A DNA stretch of 64,000 bases from the NCBI GenBank assembly GCA_905480405.1, contig CAJQQH010000001.1, forward strand, positions 2,088-66,087, in the 5' to 3' direction. Below, in pieces: positions 28,801-37,909 of the stretch. A model generated the notes under the pieces. It worked only from the letters and a program-made list of their open reading frames with translations. It had not been told where the DNA came from and did no database searches. The position numbers and the translations under genes are program-made. Every line of letters starts with the position of its first letter. Position 1 is the first letter of the stretch. Source of the DNA: an uncultured Polaribacter sp. Lineage in GTDB: Bacteria; Bacteroidota; Bacteroidia; Flavobacteriales; Flavobacteriaceae.

Positions 28801-30603
28801 AGTATTAACATTAACGGGTGGCCCAGAAACTTGGTCAATTCTTATTTCATTAAAAAAAATACCATTATCTAAAAAACTACCTAAACCCATATTAAAATTT
28901 ACATTAGTTGCAGTAGCTGAACCTTCATTTGTTATGATTACTCTGTTATGATAATCATAAGTCCCATCAGGATTTATTGTTCCTAAAGGATCAAGAGCAT
29001 CATTAAATTCGGGTACATATAAGCCAGCTGTAACTATAGCTTCTGTGGTATGAAAATCTGTAATTGTATCACTTTCAGATGGATTTCCACTACTTGAAGT
29101 TGCATTAATTGCTGTGGTAAAGTCTATACCTGAACCTGAAGGAGTAGGATTTGGTCTACCATTACAAAAAGGATCTACAACAACACAAAAAACCAAGGTT
29201 AAACTTTGTCTTGGGTATAATATTAAGTTATCTACTGCATTTGTATTGAATACTGATGAAGAGGTTGCATTACTAAAATCGTTATTTAAAGCATCATTAT
29301 TAAACTCTCTTGGATATTCTCCATTGTTCTGAAAATTTTCTGTAAATGAATTATTATATACATTCAAATCGTCAATACGAATAACACATCCATTTCCAAA
29401 AGCAGCTTGCAAATCACTTGTTATATCAATGTTTCTAATTAAACTAGGTTCATGATAACTTTTAGCATTACTTCTATTTCTAAAAACAGCAGCGTATCTA
29501 ATTTTATATTCACCATCAGATGTAAATCCTTGATTACAACTTGATAAAAATCTTAATTCCAATAAGTTTTCTGTAGGCTCTACAGATATAAATAAATTTG
29601 CGGTGTTTGTAAAAGCACCATCAGTAATGGTATAACTAATTTCTGGTAATTCTCCTGTAAAATTAGTGGTAGGTTCAAGAATATAACTCCCATCTTGATT
29701 TAATGTAAAATCTCCTTGGGGCAAATTAACTATTTGACCTGCATTATATAGTATTCCTTCAATAGAGAATTCTGTAACTGTAATAATATCTTCATTGATA
29801 TCTGAATCATTATCCATTACTCCAGGAGCAGTAACACTTAACGTAGCATTTTCATCTGCCGTATCATAAACATCATTAGCAACTGGTGCTGTTGGTGGAT
29901 GAATTACTGTAATACTTAAATTTGCTGAACTTGTAAAAGCACCATCTGTAATAGTGTAATTTATTGTTGATACATTTCCTACAAAATTTGAATTGGGCAC
30001 AAAAGAATAACTTCCATCTGCTGCAATACGAATACTTCCTTGACCAAAAACAGCTGTTTCACCTGTATTAAATGTAGATCCATTTACAACAAATTCAGTT
30101 ACGCTTAAAACATCATCATTAATATCTGTATCATTTGACAATAATCCAGGTGCGTCTTCATTTAGAGCAGTATTTACAAAGATTGTAGTGTTTTCATCAT
30201 TAGCAACTGGTGCTGTTGGTGGATGAATTACTGTAATACTTAAATTTGCTGAACCTGTAAAAGTACCATCTGTAATAGTGTAATTTATTGTTGATACATT
30301 TCCTACAAAATTTGAATTGGGCACAAAAGAATAACCTCCATCTGCTGTAATACGAATACTTCCTTGACCAAAAACAGCTGTTTCACCTGTATTAAATGTA
30401 GATCCATTTACAGCAAATTCAGTTACCCTTAAAACATCACCATTAATATCTATATCATTTGACAATAAACCAGGAGCAACTTCATTTAAAGGCGTATTAA
30501 TAAAAGCACTAACACTATCATTATTAGCACTAGGTGCATCTTGAGCTTTTAGTATTTGTGTTGATAATAAGAATAAGAAAAGTATTTTAAAATACTTAAA
30601 CAT
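25876..30603 (-). CDS. Giant T9SS-secreted adhesin: 3 cadherin/Ig-like repeats, DUF11-like region, thrombospondin type-3 Ca-binding repeats, Calx-beta-like modules, type-B (gliding-motility) C-terminal domain
   Basis: SpI signal (ILKAQD). DSDNDG/DSDNDGV.D repeats at about aa 840-1075. C-terminus NLFSPNSDGKSDTFKI...FNRQGNKVYS...GVYYYTLEY resembles the TIGR04131-type CTD. Confidence 0.8.
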   Translation of the reverse strand: MFKYFKILFLFLLSTQILKAQDAPSANNDSVSAFINTPLNEVAPGLLSNDIDINGDVLRVTEFAVNGSTFNTGETAVFGQGSIRITADGGYSFVPNSNFVGNVSTINYTITDGTFTGSANLSITVIHPPTAPVANDENTTIFVNTALNEDAPGLLSNDTDINDDVLSVTEFVVNGSTFNTGETAVFGQGSIRIAADGSYSFVPNSNFVGNVSTINYTITDGAFTSSANLSITVIHPPTAPVANDVYDTADENATLSVTAPGVMDNDSDINEDIITVTEFSIEGILYNAGQIVNLPQGDFTLNQDGSYILEPTTNFTGELPEISYTITDGAFTNTANLFISVEPTENLLELRFLSSCNQGFTSDGEYKIRYAAVFRNRSNAKSYHEPSLIRNIDITSDLQAAFGNGCVIRIDDLNVYNNSFTENFQNNGEYPREFNNDALNNDFSNATSSSVFNTNAVDNLILYPRQSLTLVFCVVVDPFCNGRPNPTPSGSGIDFTTAINATSSSGNPSESDTITDFHTTEAIVTAGLYVPEFNDALDPLGTINPDGTYDYHNRVIITNEGSATATNVNFNMGLGSFLDNGIFFNEIRIDQVSGPPVNVNTAYDGDIETNLLLPNNSLESGEKVILELFYEISPYNSESYNYFYQITTSLTQGNLDGFDETTASSKRRYSFNTWSDSLGNHIDRYYRTDSDTNAISSSNQCICTTSSMRFLYTSSSSINNSISDTETSPNGVLEHEELTFQITIENTSESVQLRNLQVQDDLNTLCAGNIISLQSPIIESSTAVSNPVLNSNFNGTTDINLFDGSSGILGANESIIIQFSVVLSEPCADTNTVTFTSGDPLNVLTSTATIDIDISTDSDNDGVINNIDLDDDNDTIPDVLESNGLNPLDDDDADLIPNYRDVDFGDDVNLDGVVDVFDFDNDGVANHLDLDSDNDGVLDIVEAGNSSLDTDSNGGTNTIVGDNGLENTLETDDTSTAIINYTLPNSDSDSNLNYLDIDSDNDGIVDNKEAQTTSDYSTLSNVFSESGIDTSYPNGILPIDTDGDLIFDYIDVNSDNDIRDDVVEAWDTNSDGIAETLISNIDSDNDGLDDAFDTNNSLINPTNNQTPLSFPNVDNVDNPERDWREIIAILVIIENASATEGSDLIFNINLVTKNNNSISIESLTPIIFSFTSSNGTTTTDIYDVANSPFDYSAISNFTFTIPANTVNETFAISSIEDNIFERSELFTLTGSVTSNNTINTETISIGTILDNDNAPSISMNNSRIEEGFGLNHTITLSNPSSIPIEVEIKTSDDLAIQSLDYQTVSDVFTISGTIDPNNVNTEILFSIPTFLDNLNELDEETLNVTGTVLSTGNTGLEDLQKTATIIDVDPNPLISISNETVEEGGGLVFVVQLLNANNELMQNYLPISFLLETTDISTSGNLDYNAISMTTEIPALTSSISQSITTINDRLNESIETFNLRAMVNLLITSNTSIPFGIGTITDDDYPNLFSPNSDGKSDTFKISGIVEDYPNFKIEIFNRQGNKVYSHSNNGRLNPIWWDGSFNGKPSPVGVYYYTLEYNDGVKKPKTSFIQLIR
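29877..30524. repeat. Two near-identical 324-bp tandem repeats inside the adhesin gene (a third, diverged copy lies about 29553-29876)
   Basis: tagcaactggtgctgttggtggatgaattactgtaatacttaaatttgctgaac occurs at 29877 and 30201, so the period is 324 nt = 108 aa. I saw only scattered substitutions between the copies. Confidence 0.9.
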
Positions 30604-30635
30604 TTGGGGGCATCATTAAAACTCTTTAATTTAAA

Positions 30636-31421
30636 TTAAATTTTCAATTCCTTATCGTAAGGAATACTATTTAAAATGTGATTAATTACATTAACACGTG
30701 CTTCTGTTTTTCTATTTGCACGTATAATTTTCCATGGTGAACTCTCTTTGTTTGTTCTTTCAAACATTGCTTTTTTATAAACGGTATATTGCTCCCATAA
30801 AGCTTGAGCCTTTTCATCTAACTTTGTCATTTTCCATTGCTTTAATGGATCACTTTTAATATCTGCAAAGCGTTTTGCCTGTTCCTTCTTAGAAATAGAC
30901 ATATATATTTTAACCAAATGAATCCCAGACTCTAAAATCATTCTTTCAAAATCATTTACTTGATTCATAAAAACCTCATATTCATTTGGTGTACAAAAAC
31001 CATTAACAGGTTCTATTACAGCTCTATTATACCAGCTCCTATCAAAAAAAACAATTTCTCCTGCTTTTGGAAATTGTTCAACATAACGTTGAAAATACCA
31101 TTGAGAACGCTCATCTTCAGATGGTTTTGACAATGCTACAATACGCATATGCCTTGGATTAATACGCTCTGTAACCCTTCTTATTGCACCACCTTTTCCT
31201 GCAGCATCTCTTCCTTCAAAAACAACTATTACACGTTCATTATTATTAATTGCCCATGTTTGAAATCTTATTAATTCTGTCTGTAATTTTTCTAGTTTTT
31301 TTTCATAATCTACATACCTTATAGCTCTTTCTAGATTTAAAGGTTCTTTAGATAATAACGCCAACATCCCTTTTTTAGAGTTCAGTTTTTTTACATCAGA
31401 TTCTGTTAATTTCTTATTCAT
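30636..31421 (-). CDS. ppk2: Polyphosphate kinase 2 (single-domain PPK2)
   Basis: Walker A FEGRDAAGKGG, lid/Walker B FFDRSWYNRA. 261 aa. Confidence 0.85.
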   Translation of the reverse strand: MNKKLTESDVKKLNSKKGMLALLSKEPLNLERAIRYVDYEKKLEKLQTELIRFQTWAINNNERVIVVFEGRDAAGKGGAIRRVTERINPRHMRIVALSKPSEDERSQWYFQRYVEQFPKAGEIVFFDRSWYNRAVIEPVNGFCTPNEYEVFMNQVNDFERMILESGIHLVKIYMSISKKEQAKRFADIKSDPLKQWKMTKLDEKAQALWEQYTVYKKAMFERTNKESSPWKIIRANRKTEARVNVINHILNSIPYDKELKI

Positions 31422-31424
31422 TAC

Positions 31425-32285
31425 TTAATCTATTTCTTTATTAATTGAACGGTAATAACGCATAACAACATTCGGGTCTGGATTTACCATTGTACCTGCT
31501 TCAGACTTACCTTCATAATCAAACTGCGATAAAACATGCCTTATAGCTTCTAACCTAGCCACTTTTTTATTATTGGTTTTTATAATCATCCAAGGACTAT
31601 AAGAGGTATGTGTTTTAGAATACATTTCAGATTTATAGTGCGTGTATTTATCCCATAAATTTTGGCCTTGACGATCTACAGGGCTAAATTTCCATCTTTT
31701 TAATGGATCCTCTTTTCTACCCTCAAACCGTTTTAATTGCTCATCTTTAGTAATTGATAACCAAAATTTAATAATAACAACACCATCTTCATACATCATA
31801 TGCTCAAACTCTGGCACTTGCAATAAAAAATCTTTATACTGCCTGTCTGAACAAAACCCCATTACCGGTTCTACCACTGCTCTATTATACCAACTTCTAT
31901 CAAAAAAAACAATTTCTCCTGGATTTGGTAGCTCTTTAATATATCTTTGAAAATACCATTGTCCTTTTTCTACATCTGTAGGTTTATTTAACGCTACTAA
32001 CCTACTAGAACGAGGATTTAAATGCTCCATAAATCTACGAATATTACCACCTTTACCAGCAGCATCTCTTCCTTCGAAAATAATAGCAACTCTTTTCTTT
32101 TGGCTAGATACATAACGCTGTAGTTTTACAAGTTCTATTTGTAGTAAACGCAACTCGTTATTATATGAAAGTGTCTTTTTAACTTTACTAAAAGAAATAC
32201 TTTTTTCTTCTAAAAGAGTACGCAAATCTTCGTTACTAGTTAAACTTTCAAAATCTTCTGCAGATAAGGTTTCTTTCTTATTCAT
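31425..32285 (-). CDS. ppk2: Polyphosphate kinase 2 (single-domain PPK2), tandem paralog
   Basis: FEGRDAAGKGG and FFDRSWYNRA. 286 aa. 3-nt gap to the downstream paralog. Confidence 0.85.
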   Translation of the reverse strand: MNKKETLSAEDFESLTSNEDLRTLLEEKSISFSKVKKTLSYNNELRLLQIELVKLQRYVSSQKKRVAIIFEGRDAAGKGGNIRRFMEHLNPRSSRLVALNKPTDVEKGQWYFQRYIKELPNPGEIVFFDRSWYNRAVVEPVMGFCSDRQYKDFLLQVPEFEHMMYEDGVVIIKFWLSITKDEQLKRFEGRKEDPLKRWKFSPVDRQGQNLWDKYTHYKSEMYSKTHTSYSPWMIIKTNNKKVARLEAIRHVLSQFDYEGKSEAGTMVNPDPNVVMRYYRSINKEID

Positions 32286-32378
32286 GTATTTAATTTGATT
32301 TGCCTAAAATAAAACCTTTTTTTGATAAATCTTAGAAAAAAATATCATTTTAAATTAGTTCATTTATATTTGTACGTT

Positions 32379-33329
32379 ATGAAATTTAAATTAAGCTTAT
32401 TCCTTTTCTTTATTAGCACTTACCTTCTTTCTCAGGATAAATTCTCTAAAGAGTTTAGCTTTGTGAGTGATAATGATTTATATGTTTCTACTTTTAAAGA
32501 CAGCTACTATACTAACGGATTATTTTTAAGCTTTAAATACCTTTCTAATTCTAAGAATGAAAAACTAGAAAAAAAAGTTTTAGAATGGAAAATAGGCCAT
32601 GAAATGTTTACCCCTTACAAATCTATAGTACAAGACATTACACAACATGATAGACCTTTTGCTGGATATCTATTTGGCAGTTTTAGTATAAACAGAATTT
32701 TCAAAAATAATAAGACATTTAAAACAGAATTTCAGTTAGGTGTAATTGGACCGAGTGCTTTTAGTAAAGAATTACAAAATTTTATTCATAATATTTATGG
32801 CTTTAATAAAGCAGTTGGCTGGGAACATCAAATTAAAAATGCTCTTGGTTTAAATTTTAACACAGAGTACAATGCACTTTTAACTAAAAACAATGCTACT
32901 AATTTTGATGTAACTTGGGTTAACAGTGCTAAAATAGGTACAGTTTACACAAATTTTTCTTCTGGTTTTTATGCTAGAATTGGTTTTAAGCCACTACAAA
33001 AAATTATAAATTCAATTGCATTTGGTACAAACTTAAATAACGAAAAGACAAGTTATAAAAGAGAAATAGAGAGTTTTTTATACTTAAAACCTACATTAAG
33101 ATATGCTCTTTATGACGCTACATTACAAGGTAGTTTTCTAAACAAAAATAGTGAAGTTACTAAAGAATTAATTCCCTTAATTTTTAACTTAGAAGTTGGC
33201 TTAAAATTTACTGCCAATCAATTTAATTTTGGTTACACTTTTAACTACAACACCAATAAAACCAAAGATTTAAGATTTAACAACGGACATAAATACGGAA
33301 CAATTACTATTAATTACTTAATGAATTAA
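32379..33329 (+). CDS. LpxR-like lipid A deacylase family outer-membrane protein
   Basis: Signal peptide from MKFKLSLFLFF (ATG 32379). SDNDLY...YYTNGL motif and beta-barrel-like sequence, as I recall for the LpxR/DUF2219 family. Confidence 0.55.
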   Translation: MKFKLSLFLFFISTYLLSQDKFSKEFSFVSDNDLYVSTFKDSYYTNGLFLSFKYLSNSKNEKLEKKVLEWKIGHEMFTPYKSIVQDITQHDRPFAGYLFGSFSINRIFKNNKTFKTEFQLGVIGPSAFSKELQNFIHNIYGFNKAVGWEHQIKNALGLNFNTEYNALLTKNNATNFDVTWVNSAKIGTVYTNFSSGFYARIGFKPLQKIINSIAFGTNLNNEKTSYKREIESFLYLKPTLRYALYDATLQGSFLNKNSEVTKELIPLIFNLEVGLKFTANQFNFGYTFNYNTNKTKDLRFNNGHKYGTITINYLMN

Positions 33330-34750
33330 TCAATAAAAAAATCGTCTTTAAAACCTATTAAATATAACTTTTCTTGCGCTCTAGTCATTGCAGTATATAA
33401 CCATCTAAAATATTCTTTAGACACACCTTCAGGTAAATAAGGCTGTTCTATAAAAACTGTACTCCATTGTCCTCCTTGAGATTTATGACAAGTCATTGCA
33501 TATGAAAACTTAACTTGTAAAGAATTGAAATATTTATTTTTCTTAATCGCTAAAAACTGCTTGTATTTAGATTTTTCATGAGCATAATCCTCTTTTACTG
33601 CTTGATATAATTTATTAGACTCTTCATATGTTAAAGAAGGACTTTCACTCGTTAAAGTATCTAATAGTAAAACTGTTTCAAAAGGTTGCATTTCTGGATA
33701 GTCGATCATTCTTAATTCTACTTCTGCAAACTTAAAACCATACAATTCTTTAATTGAGAATATTTTTAAAACTTCGCAAATATCACCATTAGCAATAAAA
33801 CCAGCTGCTGAAGATTCTTTTAACCAGAAATAATTATTTTTAACAATCATTACAAAATCACCAGCAGAAATTTCGTTTTCTTGTCCACGAATTTGCATTC
33901 TTATTTGTTGATTATACTGATTTGCTCTTTTATTTGAACGAACAATAAAGGCGGTATCTTCTACACCTCCTCTATCATATGCAGTAACAAGTGCATCTTC
34001 AATATCATAACCATCTTCTAATCGTTTTATATCAGGAAATTTTAAATCGAATTTAAAATCTTTTCCCTCATTTTGTATCAACCTTCTTAATTGAGTTGCA
34101 TTTGCTAAAATACCAGAGCTTTCATGTTGTCGCATTACTTCATCTAACTCAATTTCTGTTACATTTTTATGATAATCATAAGTTAATGTATCTGCTTCTA
34201 AAGCAGGACTAACATCTAATTTAACAGGTGGTAATTGTGCCGTATCACCAATAAATACTAATTTACATTGATGTCCTGCATATACATAAGACAATAGATC
34301 GTCTAACAAAGAACTAGATTCAAACAACTTTTGATTCTGTCTACCATCAGGAATCATAGAAGCTTCATCAACTATAAAAACAGTATTTCTATGCTTATTT
34401 GGCTGTAAAACAAAATCTACAGATCCGTTTGTCTGTTTTTTAGGAAAATAAATTTTTTTATGTATTGTAAACGCAGGCCTTTTAGAATAAACTGCAATTA
34501 CTTTAGCGGCTCTTCCTGTTGGTGCTAATAATACAGCCTTTTTACCAGCTAAAGAAAGTGAATTAACAAACGTACTTATAGTCGTAGTCTTACCTGTACC
34601 TGCATACCCTTTTAATAAAAATAAAGTATCTTTTTCTTCATTAAAAATAAAAATACTCAATAAATTTAATAATTGGCTTTGTTTTTGGGTAGGAATATGC
34701 GGAAACTTCTTTTGAAGTTCTTTGTAAAAATTAACAGGTATTTTTATCAT
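33326..34750 (-). CDS. RecD/Dda-like SF1B DNA helicase
   Basis: Walker A GYAGTGKTT, Walker B VFIVDEASM, motif AMTCHKSQGGQW. Confidence 0.75.
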   Translation of the reverse strand: MIKIPVNFYKELQKKFPHIPTQKQSQLLNLLSIFIFNEEKDTLFLLKGYAGTGKTTTISTFVNSLSLAGKKAVLLAPTGRAAKVIAVYSKRPAFTIHKKIYFPKKQTNGSVDFVLQPNKHRNTVFIVDEASMIPDGRQNQKLFESSSLLDDLLSYVYAGHQCKLVFIGDTAQLPPVKLDVSPALEADTLTYDYHKNVTEIELDEVMRQHESSGILANATQLRRLIQNEGKDFKFDLKFPDIKRLEDGYDIEDALVTAYDRGGVEDTAFIVRSNKRANQYNQQIRMQIRGQENEISAGDFVMIVKNNYFWLKESSAAGFIANGDICEVLKIFSIKELYGFKFAEVELRMIDYPEMQPFETVLLLDTLTSESPSLTYEESNKLYQAVKEDYAHEKSKYKQFLAIKKNKYFNSLQVKFSYAMTCHKSQGGQWSTVFIEQPYLPEGVSKEYFRWLYTAMTRAQEKLYLIGFKDDFFID

Positions 34751-34857
34751 AAGTAAATTAAAGTATCAAAGATACTGCGAATTGTAAATAAAAATTTTTA
34801 TCATTGTAAAAATATTGTAAATTTGCGATAACACTATTAAAAAAAAACAAATTAAAA

Positions 34858-35592
34858 ATGAATTTATTACTAATGATTTTAGGAGCTGTGTTAGCATCAG
34901 TTCTTGTAGCTTTTATTATAGTTAAATATTTACCATTAAAATTAAGATGGATTCCTTCTATTTTATTATTGGTTTTAGCAATATTTTTAGGTTCAAAAAT
35001 TTATAATGGGATTATGGAACCTATAAAATTCAGCAAAGAGAAAGTTGAAAAATATGCTCCAGTAATACAAAGCTTAAAAATTATTAGAGATGCTGAGTTA
35101 AAATATTTTGAAGCTAACGGTAAATACACAAAAAACAAAGCTGGTTTAATCCAATTTATTGATACTGCCCAATTAGCATTAACAGAAACTAAAACTATTG
35201 TAGAAAAAGTTAATAAAGGTGGTGGTATTATTGTAGATGAAGAAAAAAGAGTTACAGATACTATTGGTTACGAACCTGTTTTAAAGTACTTTAAAGATAG
35301 AGATTATAAAAACATGTTTAAAGTACCTGGTGTACAGGGTAAAGAATTTGAAGTTGAAGTTGGCGAAGTTGCTAAAGTACAAGGTTTATTAGTACCTACT
35401 TTTATGGCACAAACAGCTAAAAAAGAAATTTTAGCAGGTATGAATGAATCTTTAGTGAAGATTGAATTAGAAGCTATGGAAACAGATCAAATTAAAGGAG
35501 AATATATTTCTGTAGGCTCTTTAGATGAAGTTACTACTGGTGGAAACTGGCCTCCTTCTTATGACAAAAAAGACAGTGCAAAAAAAGAATAA
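34858..35592 (+). CDS. Hypothetical membrane protein (2 N-terminal TM segments)
   Basis: ORF with hydrophobic segments LLMILGAVLASVLVAFIIV and IPSILLLVLAIFLG. No recognisable motifs. Confidence 0.5.
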   Translation: MNLLLMILGAVLASVLVAFIIVKYLPLKLRWIPSILLLVLAIFLGSKIYNGIMEPIKFSKEKVEKYAPVIQSLKIIRDAELKYFEANGKYTKNKAGLIQFIDTAQLALTETKTIVEKVNKGGGIIVDEEKRVTDTIGYEPVLKYFKDRDYKNMFKVPGVQGKEFEVEVGEVAKVQGLLVPTFMAQTAKKEILAGMNESLVKIELEAMETDQIKGEYISVGSLDEVTTGGNWPPSYDKKDSAKKE

Positions 35593-36394
35593 CAATACTT
35601 CTTTAGAGAAAACAAAAGATATAGAATTATCCATCCAATTTAGTTTGGATGGATTTTCTTTTTGTGTTTTAAATTCAGTTACTAAAAAGAATATTCATTT
35701 TAAAGAATATCTATTTGAAGAAACTAAAGAAACACCAGAAGAACTATTAAGTAAAATTGAGCTTCTTTTTAAAAATGATTCTAATTTACAATTAGAATAT
35801 TCTTCTGTTACTGCAATACATCAAAACGACTTATCATCTCTTGTACCAGCAAAGTTTTTTGATAAAAAATCGTTATCTGGCTATTTAAACTTTAATATTA
35901 AAACTTTAAAGACCGATTTTATTACTTTTGATGATATCACAAACCTTGATGCTAAAACAGTTTATGTACCTTACGTTAATATAAACAACTTCTTGTTTCA
36001 AAATTTTGGCGAATTCAATTTTAAACATCATAGTACAGTTCTTTTAGAAAAACTTTTAACAATAGACGGTTCTAATGAGAAACGCATGTATGTTAATGTT
36101 TATAAAAATACTTTTGATATTGTAATTTTAGAAAACAAGAAACTAATTTTCTATAACACTTTCTCATATCATACAAAAGAAGATTTTATTTACTACATCT
36201 TATTTACAGCAGAACAGTGCCAATTAAAAACAGAAGAATTTAAACTGTTTTTTATGGGAAAAATTGATGTAAAATCAGATATATATAAAATTGCTTACAC
36301 ATATATTAAAAACATTTTTTTCTTAAAAAGTAAGAATTTATTTTTTATAGATTTAAAAATTGCAAATCATACTAATTACATTTTATTAGGCTAA
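35561..36394 (+). CDS. Hypothetical protein (DUF3822-like)
   Basis: LSIQFSLDGFSFCVL near the N-terminus. 1-nt overlap (TAATG) with rsmD. The start is uncertain: ATG 35561 still overlaps the upstream gene by 32 nt. Confidence 0.5.
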   Translation: MTKKTVQKKNNNTSLEKTKDIELSIQFSLDGFSFCVLNSVTKKNIHFKEYLFEETKETPEELLSKIELLFKNDSNLQLEYSSVTAIHQNDLSSLVPAKFFDKKSLSGYLNFNIKTLKTDFITFDDITNLDAKTVYVPYVNINNFLFQNFGEFNFKHHSTVLLEKLLTIDGSNEKRMYVNVYKNTFDIVILENKKLIFYNTFSYHTKEDFIYYILFTAEQCQLKTEEFKLFFMGKIDVKSDIYKIAYTYIKNIFFLKSKNLFFIDLKIANHTNYILLG

Positions 36395-36957
36395 TGAGAA
36401 TTATATCAGGAAAACTAAAAGGAAGACGTTTAAGAGCTCCTAAGAACCTACCTGTTCGACCAACAACAGACATGGCTAAAGAAGCGTTATTTAACATCTT
36501 AAACAACTTATACTACTTTGATAGCATCTCTGTGATAGATTTATTCTCAGGCACAGGTAATATTAGCTATGAATTTGCTTCTAGAGGCACAAAAAGTGTT
36601 TATTCTATTGATGCAGATTATAATTGTATTAAATATATTAACACAACCGCAAAAGAACTAGAATTGGATATAAACACTTATAAAAATGATGTTTATAAAT
36701 TCTTAAACAAAACATCTTTGAACGCTGATATTATTTTTGCAGATCCGCCTTACGATTTTACAACAGAAAAATTCTTAGAAATAGCAGACACCGTTTTTAA
36801 TAGAAAAATGCTTAAAGAAGAAGGTGTTTTAATTATTGAACACTCTAAGCATACTGACTTAACTTCACATAAAAACCACAGTTACGACAAACGTTATGGT
36901 GGTAATGTTTTTAGCTTTTTTGAGTTACCTTCTGAAAAAGAGGAAGTAGAAAATTAA
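36394..36957 (+). CDS. rsmD: 16S rRNA (guanine966-N2)-methyltransferase RsmD
   Basis: RPTTDMAKEALFNIL, SAM motif DLFSGTG, ADPPYDF. Confidence 0.85.
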   Translation: MRIISGKLKGRRLRAPKNLPVRPTTDMAKEALFNILNNLYYFDSISVIDLFSGTGNISYEFASRGTKSVYSIDADYNCIKYINTTAKELELDINTYKNDVYKFLNKTSLNADIIFADPPYDFTTEKFLEIADTVFNRKMLKEEGVLIIEHSKHTDLTSHKNHSYDKRYGGNVFSFFELPSEKEEVEN

Positions 36958-37907
36958 AGTAAAGAGTTAATTATATCTGTAATAGAAATACCTTCTGCCT
37001 CTGCCTTGTAATTCTTTACAATTCTATGTGAAAGAATAGGAATTGCTACAGCCTTAACATCCTCTATGTCTGGAGAATATTTTCCATGCACCGCAGCATG
37101 AGCTTTAGCTCCTAAAATTAAATTCTGAGAAGCTCTTGGTCCTGCTCCCCAATCTAAATAGTTTTTTACCATATCTGTAGCTTCTTTAGATTTTGGTCTT
37201 GTTTTACCAACCAAACCAACAGCATATTCAATTACATTATCTGTAACAGGTATTTTTCTAATTAATTTTTGAATGGCTACAATTTCTTCTCCAGAAAAAA
37301 TAGCATCTACAGTTTGTTTAATATTACTTGTTGTAGCTTTTACAACCTGTACTTCTTCTTTAAATGTTGGGTATTCTAAATTTATAGAAAACATAAATCT
37401 ATCTAACTGCGCTTCTGGCAAAGGATAAGTACCTTCTTGTTCAATTGGATTTTGAGTTGCTAACACAAAAAATGGTAATTCTAATTTATAATGATTTCCA
37501 GAAACCGTTACAGAGCGCTCTTGCATTGCTTCTAATAACGCAGCTTGCGTTTTTGGCGGAGTTCTATTTATTTCATCCGCTAAAATAATATTAGAAAAAA
37601 TAGGCCCCTTAATAAATTTAAATTGCCTGTTTTGATCTAAAATTTCACTTCCTAAAATATCCGATGGCATTAAATCTGGTGTAAACTGAATGCGTTTAAA
37701 ATTTAACCCTAAAGCATTAGAAACAGTATTTACAAGTAATGTTTTAGCCAAACCTGGCACACCTATTAATAATGAGTGACCACCACAAAAAACAGATAAA
37801 AGTGTATAATTTACAGCTTCCTCTTGCCCAATAATTACTTTACTAATTTCAGTTTTTAATGAATTGTATTGGTTTACTAATTCATTTACAGCTTTAACGT
37901 CAGACAT
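36954..37907 (-). CDS. MoxR-family AAA+ ATPase
   Basis: Walker A GVPGLAKT, Walker B ILADEINR, VLATQNPIEQEGTYPLPEAQLDRF. Confidence 0.9.
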   Translation of the reverse strand: MSDVKAVNELVNQYNSLKTEISKVIIGQEEAVNYTLLSVFCGGHSLLIGVPGLAKTLLVNTVSNALGLNFKRIQFTPDLMPSDILGSEILDQNRQFKFIKGPIFSNIILADEINRTPPKTQAALLEAMQERSVTVSGNHYKLELPFFVLATQNPIEQEGTYPLPEAQLDRFMFSINLEYPTFKEEVQVVKATTSNIKQTVDAIFSGEEIVAIQKLIRKIPVTDNVIEYAVGLVGKTRPKSKEATDMVKNYLDWGAGPRASQNLILGAKAHAAVHGKYSPDIEDVKAVAIPILSHRIVKNYKAEAEGISITDIINSLL

Positions 37908-37909
37908 TG

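Noticed and set aside
33326-34750. RecD/Dda-like helicase as part of a phage-defence system
   Set aside because: It is a stand-alone gene between an outer-membrane enzyme gene and conserved housekeeping genes. There is no adjacent nuclease, methylase, sensor NTPase or toxin partner. It looks like the conserved flavobacterial SF1B helicase.
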